A stretch of 64,000 bases of DNA from Eledone cirrhosa (Eukaryota): positions 376,402,001 to 376,466,000 of the forward strand of contig OZ024741.1 in the NCBI GenBank assembly GCA_964016885.1, in the 5' to 3' direction. Position 1 is the first letter of the stretch, and each line of letters begins with the position of its first letter. The notes under the pieces are model-generated. The model ran no database searches. It saw nothing but the letters and a program-made list of their open reading frames with translations, and was not told where the DNA came from. A program made the translations under genes and the position numbers. Below are positions 14,700 through 28,569 of the stretch, piece by piece.

Positions 14700-15915
14700 T
14701 CAGAAAACATTAATTCCTAAAAACAAAAACAACAGAGTCTGTCAGGCCTATTATCTGATTGATAGTAGCATACATAATCCTTATATCCATACTCTAACAC
14801 AGGCTGGCATATGAACCTTCGATAAACAATATATTAAAGAGAAACAGAAAAGGTGTCGGAAAGGACTGCATGAATGTGAAAGCAATTACTAACAAACTGA
14901 AAGATAATAGAAGAGGACAACAAACATCAACACGGTCTTTATTAACTAATGGATGTTTATTAGGATTCTTCACTCCATGATACTGAAGACACTATATAAA
15001 TAAAGTAACCCTAATACTAATGAATAATATCACCTATATCATATCAACATAGAAAATCACAGATTAGATTTTCACCGTGAACCTATTTGCTATATTTGTC
15101 TTTCTTTTATTCAACGCCTCTATGTATGTTTTTTTTCGATGTACCAAAGTCTTCTTTAAAGAATAGAAGCAATGAACTTTGTATTTAAGGACGAATATTA
15201 AAGTTAATATTCGTTTCTGATTGAGGCACAAGGCCAACAATTTGGGAGGGAGGAGAAATCGATTAAATGGATCTCAGTGCGTTTATGGTGGCTTATTTTA
15301 TCGACCCCGTAAGGATGAAAGGAAATGCTAACCCCGGTGGGATTTGAAATCATAACAGAAAGTGCCGTAACTATATGCATAGAATATAAGAACGATTTAG
15401 ATTATACAAGTCAAAATGCAGCGGAGAAGACACAATATCAGCAAAACAAAACCACTGAAAATGCAAGAATAGAAGTTAAAGACTAAATAAATTCTACAAA
15501 CAGATACGATCAAATGGATACATAACCCTTTCATGGCCAATATCCCTCAAACATGAGAACTGCGATGGATTCAGGTTCAAACAGAAAAACTGATTTTAAT
15601 TGCGCATGAATAAATCCGAGCTACAAAACTAAAGATTATTAAAATATATCGATATGCAATCAGACCTCAAAAAGTAACCTGAAACATAATTTCTTGCAAC
15701 TCAGTTCTTCTTTAACACATGCAAAAACAACTGGTCTATTGGATGTCATGACACTTCGATACGAAATCCGAGAATACATGGCAAGATTTTCGGCATGTGA
15801 CACATGAATGTAAGTGGACACCTCTCCAGATTAATATGTATACGAAACAAAACATCATGAAAAAAGACACTAAAGAACTGACGTATTCTGTGTGGTATTT
15901 CAATCTATTCTGACT
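14700..15915 (+). pseudogene. Ancient R4/Dong-like remnants interrupted by a SINE
   Basis: LIPKN..RPII..EKQKRCRKG at about 14710-14880, and KWIHNPFHGQYP..QTEKLILIAHE at about 15510-15610, compared with KWQEKPLYGKYP..SETEGLIISAQD. Confidence 0.55.
15212..15365 (-). mobile_element. SINE family 1-related, older subfamily
   Basis: Contains ggcacaaggcca and ttattttatcgaccccgtaaggatgaaagg...gatttgaa. Confidence 0.7.
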
Positions 15916-16574
15916 GAATCATTTAATGAAAATCAGTAGAAAAATTCATTCTAAGCATGACAGTTTCACCTCAATAACACGAGAAGCCCGTTAAGCTCTT
16001 TGCACAATAGTATTGCGATAATATCATTCAATTATACGTACATTGTACATCTAAACAATATATACAGCAAAATTAAATCTGAATGTTTTAAAAGGTTTCA
16101 TAAAAATACAAACAATGCCCTACATAAACACGGGATTCAACTAAAAAAACACTTTGTAACATAATTACAATCTGACTCTTCTCAACAAGTACATCACTGC
16201 GACAATACATTTTCAGTGTTGTTAAAAATGTCATGAAAAAATAATGATTAAAAGTAACATCAAGATAGACGTTCTTGAATAAAAATAATAAATTGAGAAT
16301 AGGAAAATATTAGAATCAATGGTAAACGATAGAAGTGAGTAAAACAAAGAGATTATCAGTATATGCGAAATAATATAATACTTTAGAGATAAGCGGCTTA
16401 ACTTGTTTTAAATATTCTAGATATAAGTCTACTTAGTTTTTTGTTTTTGTCATCTAATAATCTTTTGATGACTATACTTAAAGTCATGTCTTAAGAAATG
16501 AGAAATTTATTTGTTGTCCATTTAGGTATTCTCATTTAAGCCTATTCTTGGCAGAGTTTCTCTGCTAGAGAACG

Positions 16575-19500
16575 GGTCGCAGGTGACGGATAGCGATACA
16601 ACCACCTGATACGATAGCTAGGTGTGATGTAAGCGGGTTCCTGTCAGACGAATAAGCAGCACCGGACTAACAGCGGTAAACTACTAGGAGCGATGACTTG
16701 TTAAGCTCCCATGAAAACTCTCAAAACCCCATGATGTAGCACTTGCGAGGCACGTAAAGCCCAAGTCTGAAACTGCCTAGTCTTGGTGGGTATGAAAAAA
16801 GTACTATATTGGTTGTTGGCACACTGCATCGTCATTTGTGTGGGTAAACAAAGGACGCGTTCGGGCCTTATGTAGGGAGGTCTAATTGGAAAATATATTG
16901 CAATCTCCCTTTCATGCTGTAAAAATTGGCAATGGGTGTCGACATGTTCTGTGAGCCGTGGGATCGACGCACACAGATTACATATACCGAGACCCCAAAG
17001 AAGTTTTGAAAGGGGGCAACCTATAAACATTGGAATCTGGAACATCATAACCCTTACAGGTGAGGAACTGGAACAAGTGGAGGAGGCTAGATGCTACCGG
17101 CGACTCATTGTCAGGGACTCCTCAACAAAGTTTCGTGGCATTGGTACTGCAAATCTGGGTGGATTATGGAAACTACATTATACAGGTTTGGCGCCTGAAA
17201 TGACTATACAGGCAGGAGTGGAGATATTGACAACACCCCGGTTGTCAGAATATGTTATGGATTGGATCCCTCTTGAAGTGCAGGCTGAATGATAGGTCTC
17301 TGTGGTTGGTGCAAGTTTATGCACCGAAACAAGGAGTCCGAATATGGATCGGTCCCTGATGAATCACTGCAGCGTTAGAAATAATGACTGAGACATACAT
17401 TCTAATAATAGATTACTATATACCTGTTAGCATTAACCACATGACATGGAAAGGAGTGTTTGGAAGGGACAGTGATCCCGACTTAAATACGAATGGAAAT
17501 ATCTTAGTAAAATTCTGTTGTAGTAATGGGCGCCAACACAAAGACATCCATAAATACACGGAATAAGGGGAAGCAGGGATTGAGATCAATAACTGATTTT
17601 GTTATTCTCAGATCACTTCGATTCTGTGTTGGATATTCGTGTTAAGGGAGAGGCTGAATTGTCAACTGATCACCATCTAATTATATGCAACTGGCAGGAC
17701 CAGATGGACCTCCTGGATTAAGTTGGAAGATTTGTCGGATAAGGACATTAGGACCATGTATGTGGTTACTGTTGCATTCAAATTCAGAGAACATCCTTTG
17801 CAAACTGAACACGCTGAAACGTAGTCGGGACTATTTAAAACGGCCGTTTCTGCTTCAGCTGTTAAAAGCCGTGTTGCTGCGGGAGAAAGCTACTTGTTGT
17901 GGTGCAGAGTGGTAGGAGAACCTCTTGGGTCAATCCAGAGATAAATGATGCCACCCAAGCAACAAAGAAGACCTACAAAGCTTAGTTTGGAAATATGTCC
18001 TTCTCGCATTTGCTGTACAAGCTGGAGCGGAATATCACAGGAGAGGCAGTAAAGACATCCAAAGTTAACACATGGTAGGACTTTGTGGTAAGCTGAAATC
18101 CGACTTCATATCAGCAAATATAGTGTTCTGGCAGACCATTCGCCGACATAGGAATAAGAAATCTTTCTCCACTCCCGGTATCAAGAACGTGCCTGCGAAT
18201 TTCCTCTCGTCAGAGAGGTACATCATCATGAGGTGGAGAGAAAAGGTTGCTGATCTCCTAAACCCGGTCACAACATCATCTTCTGAAGTACACGAGGTAC
18301 ATCTGGGAGGGATGACTAATCTCTCAGAGGGTGAGGTCACGACAGCAAATAAAGAGCCTAAATGTAGCAAGGCCGCTGGGGAGAATAAATTCGGTCTGAT
18401 ATGTAAAACGCCCTAAAAGGAGAAGGTATTCTCTGGCAGACTCGTGAGTGCCGCGTAGCGTGGATCTCTGGAAAAGCCTGTATACAAGGGCTATCGGGGT
18501 TGATAATGCCAATTTTTAAAGGGGAAACAAGAGGGATTGCTTAATCTATAAAGGGATATCCTTGATAAGCCTTCCAGTAATGTTTATGCCGAGTGTCTGA
18601 GAAAGATACATAAGGATAATATCGCGTTCAAGATTGCTTATGACCAGTGTCGTTTATGCACGGATGAAGTACTGCCGAGAAAGTATTCACACTGTAGTCG
18701 GTCTTTGAGTAATCGTAGGATCACTGCCAAGTGGTATATGCTTACTTCGTAGACCCCATAAAGTTATACGACCGCATTCCACAGGATCTGTCGTTGAAGG
18801 TTCTACAAATGTATGGGATCGATGGTGCTAAGTAGAAACCGTTCAATGTATGAGTAGGACTCCATCAAGAGTACGTGCGGTCACCTCTCCTGTTCATAAC
18901 TACGCATGTACTGGATTGACATGAGCAGCCAGATTGGAAGTTGTATCACGACTGGCGTCATCAGTAGGCTGGAATTTACAAACAACATGGTCTTACTTAA
19001 CTCATCAGAAAGTGATCTACGACAGGTACATGGAAGATTTGATGCCGAGTGTGCTGTACGACTGGAATGTAAATCTGTATTACGAAGATTCATACTTTTG
19101 AAACTTTGGATATCCCTGAGAAGACTGCGAAGTCAACTCTATATGTGAATGGAGTTCAATTGAGGCAGATGAAGATTTTCATGTATTTCGCAACCGTGTT
19201 CAGAGGTGAGGGCAGGAAGGAGGTTGAATTTAATGCAATAATTGCAGGAGCTGGTGCAGTAAGATGGTAGCTGTAAAAACAAAACTCGCTATCTTTAATT
19301 CAGTATTCCTGCAAACCCTTACCTATGGTCATGAATCTTGTGTAATGATCGGAAAAATAAGATCGCAAATACAAGCGACCGAAATGGGATTCTTTGGAAG
19401 GGTTTTTCGAGTAACATTACTTTATAGAGATCAGAGAGTCTCTCCAGGTAGAACAGCTACTTCTCTGAATTGAGAGATCGCAGCTCCTATACAACAAGCG

Positions 19501-19745
19501 TGAGATTAGATTGTTTCAGGAAAGCATCGCTTGAAAGATTTTACTTGCAATAGCAACGGGCAGAAGACCCAGGGATAGTTATCGAACAAGATGCTTGGAT
19601 AACATGCTTGAGCTCGGCTGGTCTCGCTTGGTAATCAAACCGGATCATTTGGAGACGGTTGATCATGAGAGAACCCACTGGAGGGAGCGTCTGAAGACTT
19701 GGCTCCGCAACCTTTCCAGCAATAAGTGTGAACCAACAATAAGTG

Positions 19746-19747
<2 letters not shown>
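16575..19747 (+). mobile_element. Decayed near-full-length RTE (Expander/Rex3-like) LINE with (AAT)n tail
   Basis: APE start IGIWNIITLTG; LSTDHHL; KLKSDFISANIVFWQTIRR; RT-like ISRLEFTNNMVLL; TKLAIFNSVFLQTLTYGHES. The 5' UTR is homologous to 60522 onward. Confidence 0.82.

Positions 19748-19807
<60 letters not shown>
19748..19807 (+). repeat. (AAT)n tract
   Basis: Directly visible. Confidence 0.97.
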
Positions 19808-19809
19808 TA

Positions 19810-20244
19810 GTGGGATTTTAGGATACAGACGGACAAAAAACTGGAACACAATAGACCTGACCTGGTGGTTGTGGACAAAGAAAAAAGATCGTGCCTGATT
19901 GTGGATGTGGCCTGCCCGTTCGACACGAGAGTGCAAGAGAAGGAGAGGGAGAAAATTAACCGATACCAGGACCTAAAGTGGGAGGTGAAAAGGATTTGGA
20001 ACTGCCATGAAGTCAAAGTGATCCCGATTGTCATAGGCGCACTGGGGACTATCTCCAAAGGTTTCCAGGGATGGTTAAAGAAAATCGGCCCCTTCACGCT
20101 TTTTGGAACGCTTCAAAAGGCATGCTTGCTTGGAACAGCAAGAACCCTCCGATACGTCCTGAATATCTGAGGCTGCAGGTAGTGGCTTGATATTCAATCC
20201 AACGGACTTTCCAGTTAACCAACATCAATGACTGAGATTCAAGG
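19810..20244 (+). mobile_element. R4/Dong-like family B, copy B1 (3' 435 bp)
   Basis: Near-identical to the 3' ends of B2 and B3. RLE motif RPDLVVVD..IVDV..EK..RYQDL. Flanked by (AAT)n on both sides. Confidence 0.93.
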
Positions 20245-20642
20245 AATAACAATAACAATAATAATAATAATAATAATAAATATATATTAAACATACGAAC
20301 ACAAACTCATAGATACTATATCAGTAACCACAACACCACCGCTGCCACCACCCCACCACATCCATCATCGCCGCCACCACTCATTCAATGCTACTGACAC
20401 TATTCCCCTGTTAACTTGAGAGAGAAAAGGGAAGGTGGCGGTAGCACTAGACAAGAGAGAGGCTAGCAAAAGATATAAATAGATTGACTTGGTGACCTTG
20501 CCACGGACAAACGTCTACATCAACAATTATGGGACTGCTGGCTCACCCCTTCCTCACCAAAAATATAAAAAGCCCCGGCACCACCACCGACATAGCCAGC
20601 AGCAATAACAGCCAACTACAACAAAAAGTATATTATATTATT

Positions 20643-20687
20643 GTAATGCACTGGGTGATTGCTGGCCTTGTGCCTGGAGTGGAGACA
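20643..20687 (+). mobile_element. SINE family 1, extreme 5' truncation
   Basis: gtaatgcactgggtgattgctggccttgtgcc...gagaca, flanked by ATTATT at 20637-20642 and 20688-20693. Confidence 0.65.
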
Positions 20688-20780
20688 ATTATTAATAATT
20701 TCATTCTTAAGCCACGCAATGCTCACATTAAGGAACCACTCATGATAATAACAATTTAAAAAAAAACAACAAAAAGAAAA

Positions 20781-23700
20781 CCCCGTGACCAAGAAATACC
20801 GGGATGGCGGCCGGCGGGGAATAGCCATGTCTCTAGGGGAGAACGACCCCTCTAGTCTTGGTTGACACTCGTTCTAGAAGTGGTAACACGAAATGATTAC
20901 CCCTTGGCGGATAAGGATAAAACGCGACAAAATAAAGTAGATGTCTAATGATGAAATCTCATACCGGATCGGCCGACACCCGGGTAAAAAAGGGCCGCGT
21001 CCCTCAGAGAGGAACCAGACTGGGGTCGAAAAATCAGCTAATGGTTCAAACCTTCCCATCACTTCGGAGCTGGAGACCTTCCATAACCGGAATACTCCTA
21101 CTGTTGGCCCTCCATGCTCACCACCAAGAAATCCAAAGAAAAAGAGAGAAAAATGGTCAAGGGAAGATAATAAAGAAGTCCTTGAGGCTTTCTACACTGC
21201 CATGTACTACCCATCAAATACATCGAATACAGAACAAACATATATCAACTGGAAAAAGAAACATCCCGAAAACAGAGGCTATATTGATAGTAACAAACTA
21301 GCCAATATACGAAGAAATATTGTAAGAAAAAAGTTACTAACTGATATAGAAATTGATCAGATCAAGCTAGTAGCACAAAGTCAGCGAAGGGAAAATGAAG
21401 CATGTGTCAGTGAAAACGAGGTAAACTGTAACACTTCGAATCCCAGGGTTGGGGCGGAATCACTGGCAACAGAACAAATTAAAGAAAGGAGCGAAAAAGT
21501 GGAGGGAGTGCATGCTCAGGATGAAACTCCAAATGAAAATAATGAGATCGTAAATGATAAAGAAATGAATGAGAATGAACTTGCCAACTTGAAGGATGAA
21601 ATTATGATCGAATGGATGAAAATGAAAGAATCTGACATGGGGGAACGAGACATCCTCCCTAAGATAACATCAATCGCCAAATAAACCTTCTCCGATCTGA
21701 CATAGAAATGTTAACAAACTATAAAGTAGGTGAACATGTTAAACAAACTAAACTTAGAAAATTGAAAAAAAAGTACAGTATAAGATCAACATGTGACATA
21801 GACATGCTGATAGAAACAATCAAGCAAAAAGTGTCGGCCAAAGCTGCTCGTATAAGGCGCTTTGAAAAACGATCTAGATTCTATACGGACAATAATATGT
21901 TCAAAAACAACCAAAGAAACTTCTACAGAAAAATTGGTAAGTCAACAATAACTGCTAAATCAATACCACCCAAGGAGGAAGTGCAAGAATTCTGGGAAAA
22001 GATCTGGGCCGAAGAAAAAGTTCATAACATACATGCCCCATGGATAGACAGACAAATGAAAGAAACAGCTCACCTTGAAGAACAAACATGGGAAAATATA
22101 ACAGTTGAACAGCTGCGCTTGGCTCTAAGAAAAACCAGCAAATGGAAATCCCCAGGAAAAGACAAAATACAAAACTTTTGGATAAATGCCTTCACAGAGT
22201 CTCATGAGCTGTTAGCCCAACTTTACAATGAAATAGTTAAGGAGCCAGAAAAGATACCATCATGGCTAGTTAACGGCATTACATTCCTGCTACCGAAGAA
22301 TGATGAGACAAACAATCCCAAAAATTACAGACCGATAACTTGCTTGACCACAATGTATAAAATTTTAACATCAGTCCTAACTGAATACACATATGACCAC
22401 CTGATAACAAATGACCTATTTCCCATTGAGCAGAAAGGGTTTAAACGAGGCTCATATGGCTGTAAGGATCAGCTTCTGGTTAGCAAAATGATACTGGAAG
22501 ATTGTCATAATATACACAAAAATCTATCGATTGCTTGGATAGATTATAAAAAAGCATTTGATAGTTTGCCACACAGTTGGATTGAAAAATGTTTAGAGAT
22601 TTTCAAAATATCCCCCGTTGTCAGGAGGTTTTTGTCATTCAGTATGAGGACATGGAAAACGACACTCCTTTTGAATAGTGAAACAAAATCACTGGAAGCT
22701 GGAGAAGTTAACATTAATTGTGGAATTTTTCAGGGTGACTCTTTATCACCGCTTTTATTCTGCATCGCACTTATACCATTAAGTAAAATGCTCAATGAAA
22801 CAAAACATGGATATAGAGTCTATGACAAAACCATTAATCACCTGTTCTACATGGATGACCTGAAACTATTTGCAAAAAATGATGAACAATTGCAAGGGCT
22901 ATTATCCACTGTGAAGCAGTTCAGTGATGACATTAAAATGGAGTTTGGACTGGATAAATGCGCCAAAGCAACGTTCACCAGAGGAAAGCTGCTGAAGAGT
23001 TCAGACATTAATCTTGATCGGGGGAACGTGATAAGAGAGCTTGATCAAGAACAAACTTACAAATATCTAGGTGTTTGTGAAGGAGACGGAATCAAGCACT
23101 CGACAATGAGGGAAAGGATAAGGAAGGAATGTTACCGCAGAGTCAGAGCAATCTTAAGAACGGAATTGAATGCAAGGAATAGGATCGATGCCATAAACAC
23201 GCTTGCCATACCAGTAGTAACCTACAGTTGCAATGTCATCAACTGGTCAAGCACAGAGATCCGTAGGCTCGATACAAAAATTCGAAAATTCTTAACCATG
23301 CACAGAATGCATCACCCTAAGGCAGACATAGATAGAATATATCTCCCTAGGAAAGAAGGAGGACGTGGGTTAATCCAGTTAGACATTGCGTTGAAAACTG
23401 CAACAATTGGATTATCCACATATCTAAGGGAATCACATGATTGGATGATGAAACTCGTTTTGAAACACGAAAGCACCCAAAGATCATATTCCATTACAAA
23501 AGATGCACAAAGATACAGTAATGGACTACAAATTTCAGAAGTCCCATTTACTGCTGAAATGGAAAACACAGAAACAGCAAAGCAGGTAAAAGTAACTGCA
23601 AAGAAAGAACTGCTACAGAAACTGGCTAAGAAATGGCAAGAAAAGCCTCTGTATGGAAAATACCCAGAGCGAGCTAACAATCCTGATGTTGACAAAACTT

Positions 23701-24510
23701 TAACCCATCAGTGGTTGGCATCCTCTGGACTGAAATCGGAGACTGAAGGACTGATTATATCCGCACAAGATCAGTGTCTGCCAACAAAAAATTACCAAGC
23801 CAACATAATAAAAAATGGGTGCAGCCCATTATGCCGTGTATGCAAAAAACAACCAGAGACCATTGACCATATAATTTCAATGTGCAGTCCTATAGCTCCA
23901 ACCGAATACCTAAACAGGCATGACAGAGCTGCACAATACATACATTGGATAATGTGCAAGCATTTTGACCTGCCCCACCTCCCATACTTGAAAAAGATCA
24001 CATCTCAATCTTGTGGAACTTTAGCATCCAAACAGACCGAAAAATAGATGCAAATAGACCTGATATAATATTGAAGGACTTTCAAAGAAGGGTATGCCTG
24101 CTAATTGATATGTCTGTTCCAATAGACAAGAATGTATCTATAAAAACATTTGAAAAATTGAGCAAGTATAAGGACCTGGAGATAGAAATTGGAAAAATGT
24201 GGAAATTGAGAACTAAAACAATACCAGTGGTTGTAGGCGCTCTGGGAATGATACCTAAGGGGTCTAACGACTACTTATCGCAAATCCCAGGAAACCCGCG
24301 TATAGGAGAAATACAAAAGATAGTACTAATGGGAACTGCCCATATACTAAGGAAGATCCTGTCAATATAAGTACATCACAAGTCTAAACACTAAGGATGC
24401 ATGTGTGAATATGTATGTTCTTTCTTGAACATGGCGGACCTTGTTGTCTCTTGAGGTCACTGGTTGTGACTTGGTGATAACTCGTATAAACATAAAGCAA
24501 GATAAATGCA
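20781..24510 (+). mobile_element. R4/Dong-like family A, near-full-length but disabled (RT, CCHC, restriction-like endonuclease)
   Basis: ORFs 20941-21684 (R4-type N-terminus KWSREDNKEVLEAFY), 21708-24047 (NYRPITCL, GIFQGDSLSP, YMDD, CRVC..ETIDHIISMC) and 24011-24370 (NRPDI..LIDMS..EKLSKYKDL). Frame breaks near 21675 and at 23977. (AAT)n tail 24511-24597. The 5' boundary is approximate. Confidence 0.93.
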
Positions 24511-24597
<87 letters not shown>

Positions 24598-24598
<1 letters not shown>

Positions 24599-26213
24599 TG
24601 TTGTTTGTCCTTGCCCTGATGCCCTTGACCATTATGCTGCGAAAAGTGAGAGCAGGATACAAGTTGGGAAGGGGAGAGCTTACCATCAATCACCTCCTCT
24701 TCATGGACGATCTTAAGCTCTTCGGGAAAAGTGAGAAGGAGTTGGATGTGCTTGTTGACACTGTCCGTATTTTCAGCAGTGATATATGTATGCAGTTTGG
24801 TATTGGTAAATGTGGAGTCATTGTGATGAGGAGGGGTAGGTTGAGCAGAAGTAACGGGATCCAGATACCAACAGGTGAGATGATAAAGGAAATTGACTCT
24901 GAGGAAGGATACAAGTATTTGGGCGTTCTGGAGGCTGATGGCATAAAGAACAAAAAAATGAAGGAATTGTTAAGAACTGAATACATTCGGAGAGTAAGGA
25001 GCGTATTGAAGTCACATCTGAACAGCAGAAATGCCATAAGCGCAGTAAATTCCCGAGCTGTGTCTATTATTAGGTACAGTGCGGGAATTCTGAGATGGAA
25101 TGTTGCTGAACAAAAAGAAATGGATAGGAAGACTAGGAAGCTATTGACTATCTACAACATGTTCCACAAGAGGAGTGATGTCGATAGACTCTACCTAAGG
25201 AGATCTGAGGGTGGAAGAGGTCTTATCAGCATAGAGGACTGTGTTCAGATGGAGAAAAACAACCTATACAAATACGTGACCTATAGTAAGGAGCCAATGC
25301 TCAGAGCTGTAGTGAAGGAGGGGACAGTAGGCCAGGGGATACCCAAGGAGGAAATAACATCAAGGAGGAAGAGCAGCCTTAAGGGAAAATCCCTTCATAG
25401 TACCTTCGTTGAGAAAACTGAATTTAGAGATCCACAGACATGGAACTGGTTGAGAAGAGGAGACCTCAAAAAGGCTACAGAAGGAATGCTAATGGCTGCG
25501 CAGGAGCAGGCCCTCAAAACGAAGTGGTTGAAGCACCATATCTACAAGGAGGAGGCTAGCCCACTGTGCAGGATCTGTGGAGAGAGAGAGGAGACTGTGG
25601 CTCACATGGTGTCCGAGTGTAAACACCTAGCCCAGACCCACTATAAGGGCTGGAGACACGATGTGATGGGCAGGGTGATCCACTGGCACCTGTGCAAAGT
25701 AAACAATCTACCACATTCTGAGAAATGGTATGAGCATAGGCCAGAGGCGGTGATGGAGAACAGTCAGGTGAAGGTGCTGTGGGATTTTAGGATACAGACG
25801 GACAAAAAACTGGAACACAATAGACCTGACCTGGTGGTTGTGGACAAAGAAAAAAGATCGTGCCTGATTGTGGATGTGGCCTGCCCGTTCGACACGAGAG
25901 TGCAAGAGAAGGAGAGGGAGAAAATTAACCGATACCAGGACCTAAAGTGGGAGGTGAAAAGGATTTGGAACTGCCATGAAGTCAAAGTGATCCCGATTGT
26001 CATAGGCGCACTGGGGACTATCTCCAAAGGTTTCCAGGGATGGTTAAAGAAAATCGGCCCCTTCACGCTTTTTGGAACGCTTCAAAGGGCATGCTTGCTT
26101 GGAACGGCAAGAACCCTCCGATACGTCCTGAATATCTGAGGCTGCAGGTAGTGGCTTGATATTCAATCCAACGGACTTTCCAGTTAACCAACATCAATGA
26201 CTGAGATTCAAGG
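24598..26213 (+). mobile_element. R4/Dong-like family B, copy B2 (5'-truncated inside RT)
   Basis: Open 513-codon frame 24598-26139 with FMDD, YKYLG, CRIC..ETVAHMVSEC, RHD and PD..D..K. (AAT)n on both sides. Confidence 0.95.
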
Positions 26214-26237
26214 AATAATAATAATAATAATAATAAT

Positions 26238-27322
26238 AAGACTAGGAAGCTATTGACTATCTACAACATGTTCCACAAGAGGAGTGATGTCGATAGACTC
26301 TACCTAAGGAGATCTGAGGGTGGAAGAGGTCTTATCAGCATAAAGGACTGTGTTCAGATGGAGAAAAACAACCTATACAAATACGTGACCTATAGTAAGG
26401 AGACAATGCTCAGAGCTGTACTGAAGGAGGGGACAGTAGGCCAGGGGATATCCAAGGAGGAAATAACATCAAGGAGGAAGAGCAGCCTTAAGGGAAAATC
26501 CCTTCATAGTACCTTATTTGAGAAAACTGAATTTAGAGATCCACAGACATGGAACTGGTTGAGAAGAGGAGACCTCAAAAAGGCTACAGAAGGAATGCTA
26601 ATGGCTGCGCAGGAGCAGGCCCTCAAAACGAAGTGGTTGAAGCACCATATCTACAAGGAGGAGGCTAGCCCACTGTGCAGGATCTGTGGAGAGAGAGAGG
26701 AGACTGTGGCTCACATTGTGTCCGAGTGTAAATACCTAGCCCAGACCCACTATAAGGGCTGGAGACACGATGTGATGGGCAGGGTGATCCACTGGCACCT
26801 GTGCAAAGTAAACAATCTACCACATTCTGAGAAATGGTATGAGCATAGGCCAGAGGCGGCGATGGAGAACAGTCAGGTGAAGGTGCTGTGGGATTTTAGG
26901 ATACAGACGGACAAAAAACTGGAACACAATAGACCTGACCTGGTGGTTGTGGACAAAGAAAAAAGATCGTGCCTGATTGTGGATGTGGCCTGCCCGTTCG
27001 ACACGAGAGTGCAAGAGAAGGAGAGGGAGAAAATTAACCGATACCAGGACCTAAAGTGGGAGGTGAAAAGGATTTGGAACTGCCATGAAGTCAAAGTGAT
27101 CCCGATTGTCATAGGCGCACTGGGGACTATCTCCAAAGGTTTCCAGGGATGGTTAAAGAAAATCGGCCCCTTCACGCTTTTTGGAACGCTTCAAAAGGCA
27201 TGCTTGCTTGGAACAGCAAGAACCCTCCGATACGTCCTGAATATCTGAGGCTGCAGGTAGTGGCTTGATATTCAATCCAACGGACTTTCCAGTTAACCAG
27301 CATCAATGACTGAGATTCAAGG
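26238..27322 (+). mobile_element. R4/Dong-like family B, copy B3 (5'-truncated)
   Basis: ORF 26253-27248 is near-identical to B2. (AAT)n upstream at 26214-26237; the tail runs AATAAC AATAAC (AAT)n then (AAG)n. Confidence 0.95.
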
Positions 27323-28569
27323 AATAACAATAACAATAATAATAATAATAATAATAATAATAAGAAGAAGAAGAAGAAGAAGAATGTGAGGCGGAGAAGA
27401 AGGTAAATCGTTAGGCAACAAAACGACTAGTCATGATCTGTAATGCTTTAAATAAATTCGAAAGCATATTGTTTGCGATATTAGTCGTTAAACAGCGGAG
27501 ACGTAGAAATCTATTAGTATATGAGCCAGAAGAGTGTTTTGGACCCCATGAAGAGTTTTGATGTTAAACGGAAAGAGTCAATGGTCCCTGTTCTCCCAAA
27601 GTTTCTTGGTGTATTGGTAAAATGTGTAGAAGGATAAGGCAAAACATGAAATGAGATAACTATCATTATGAAACAAGACAAATATTCAATTCTTTTAAGC
27701 GTTGAAGTCTTGCATAACTCAATTTGAATGTTTTCCTTATCATATTCTATTTCTCTTTTGATATTGTAAAATATTTACATTGCTTACTTATTTCTCAATG
27801 ATTTATACAGTATGAATTATCTGAAAGATGATTAACGTGTATTGTCGAGTTGATAAGATACTGGAAAGGCTGAATGTAGACAGATGCCTACAGCTAATAA
27901 ACAACCTTAGATGTAATCTAGTAGAGATACTGTATTTACAATTCCTTATTTGTAGCAGCAACCTACTGAGTGCGTTTATGTCCATGGGCTGTTATCCTGT
28001 TGGCATAAGGATCATTTTCCCGAGGAGGAAGGGAAGGAAGATATGCAAGTAATATGTAGCGTTAGTCTTGTAGGGAATCGTTGAAAAACACAAGGCATCG
28101 TAAAGTATTCAATATATGCCAGGCTGCGTGTAAAGTGCTTGAAGGTGTTTCCTAGATGAAAGAAGAACACTCTAACGATGATGATATTAAGAGTAATAAC
28201 ATGAGGTGATAACCAAATTTTAAATCAATTCGTACAACGAAGACAATAGCCAAAGGCCTGGAATATGTCATCACGTAGACATTATTCACACAAACGGGAA
28301 ATATATGCTTCCGGGCTAAAAATATTTGTGAATAAAAACATAAAATAACATCTCGGAATTTGTCGAAGTATACGTTCAATTAAGAAATTTCTGAATATAT
28401 TTAATTCTATATATCTACATGATTGATTACCTATTCAGTGTATAATCTGTGACAAAATATTTGGCAATTATTTAAGGCAATAGAAATAGTTACAATGCAA
28501 TAAGTGCTAAATAGTAAGGAATAAATATTTCAAATATTCAGATCAAACATAATACTATTTGGTATTGGT

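Noticed and set aside
20781-20940. Possible HDV-like ribozyme in the Dong-A 5' UTR
   Set aside because: Local hairpins exist, but I could not build the nested double pseudoknot by eye.
24598-26139. 513-aa ORF as a standalone gene
   Set aside because: It starts mid-RT, and the ATG arises at the (AAT)n junction of a 5'-truncated insertion.
27450-28135. Possible very old Dong remnant on the minus strand
   Set aside because: Only scattered weak motif resemblances.
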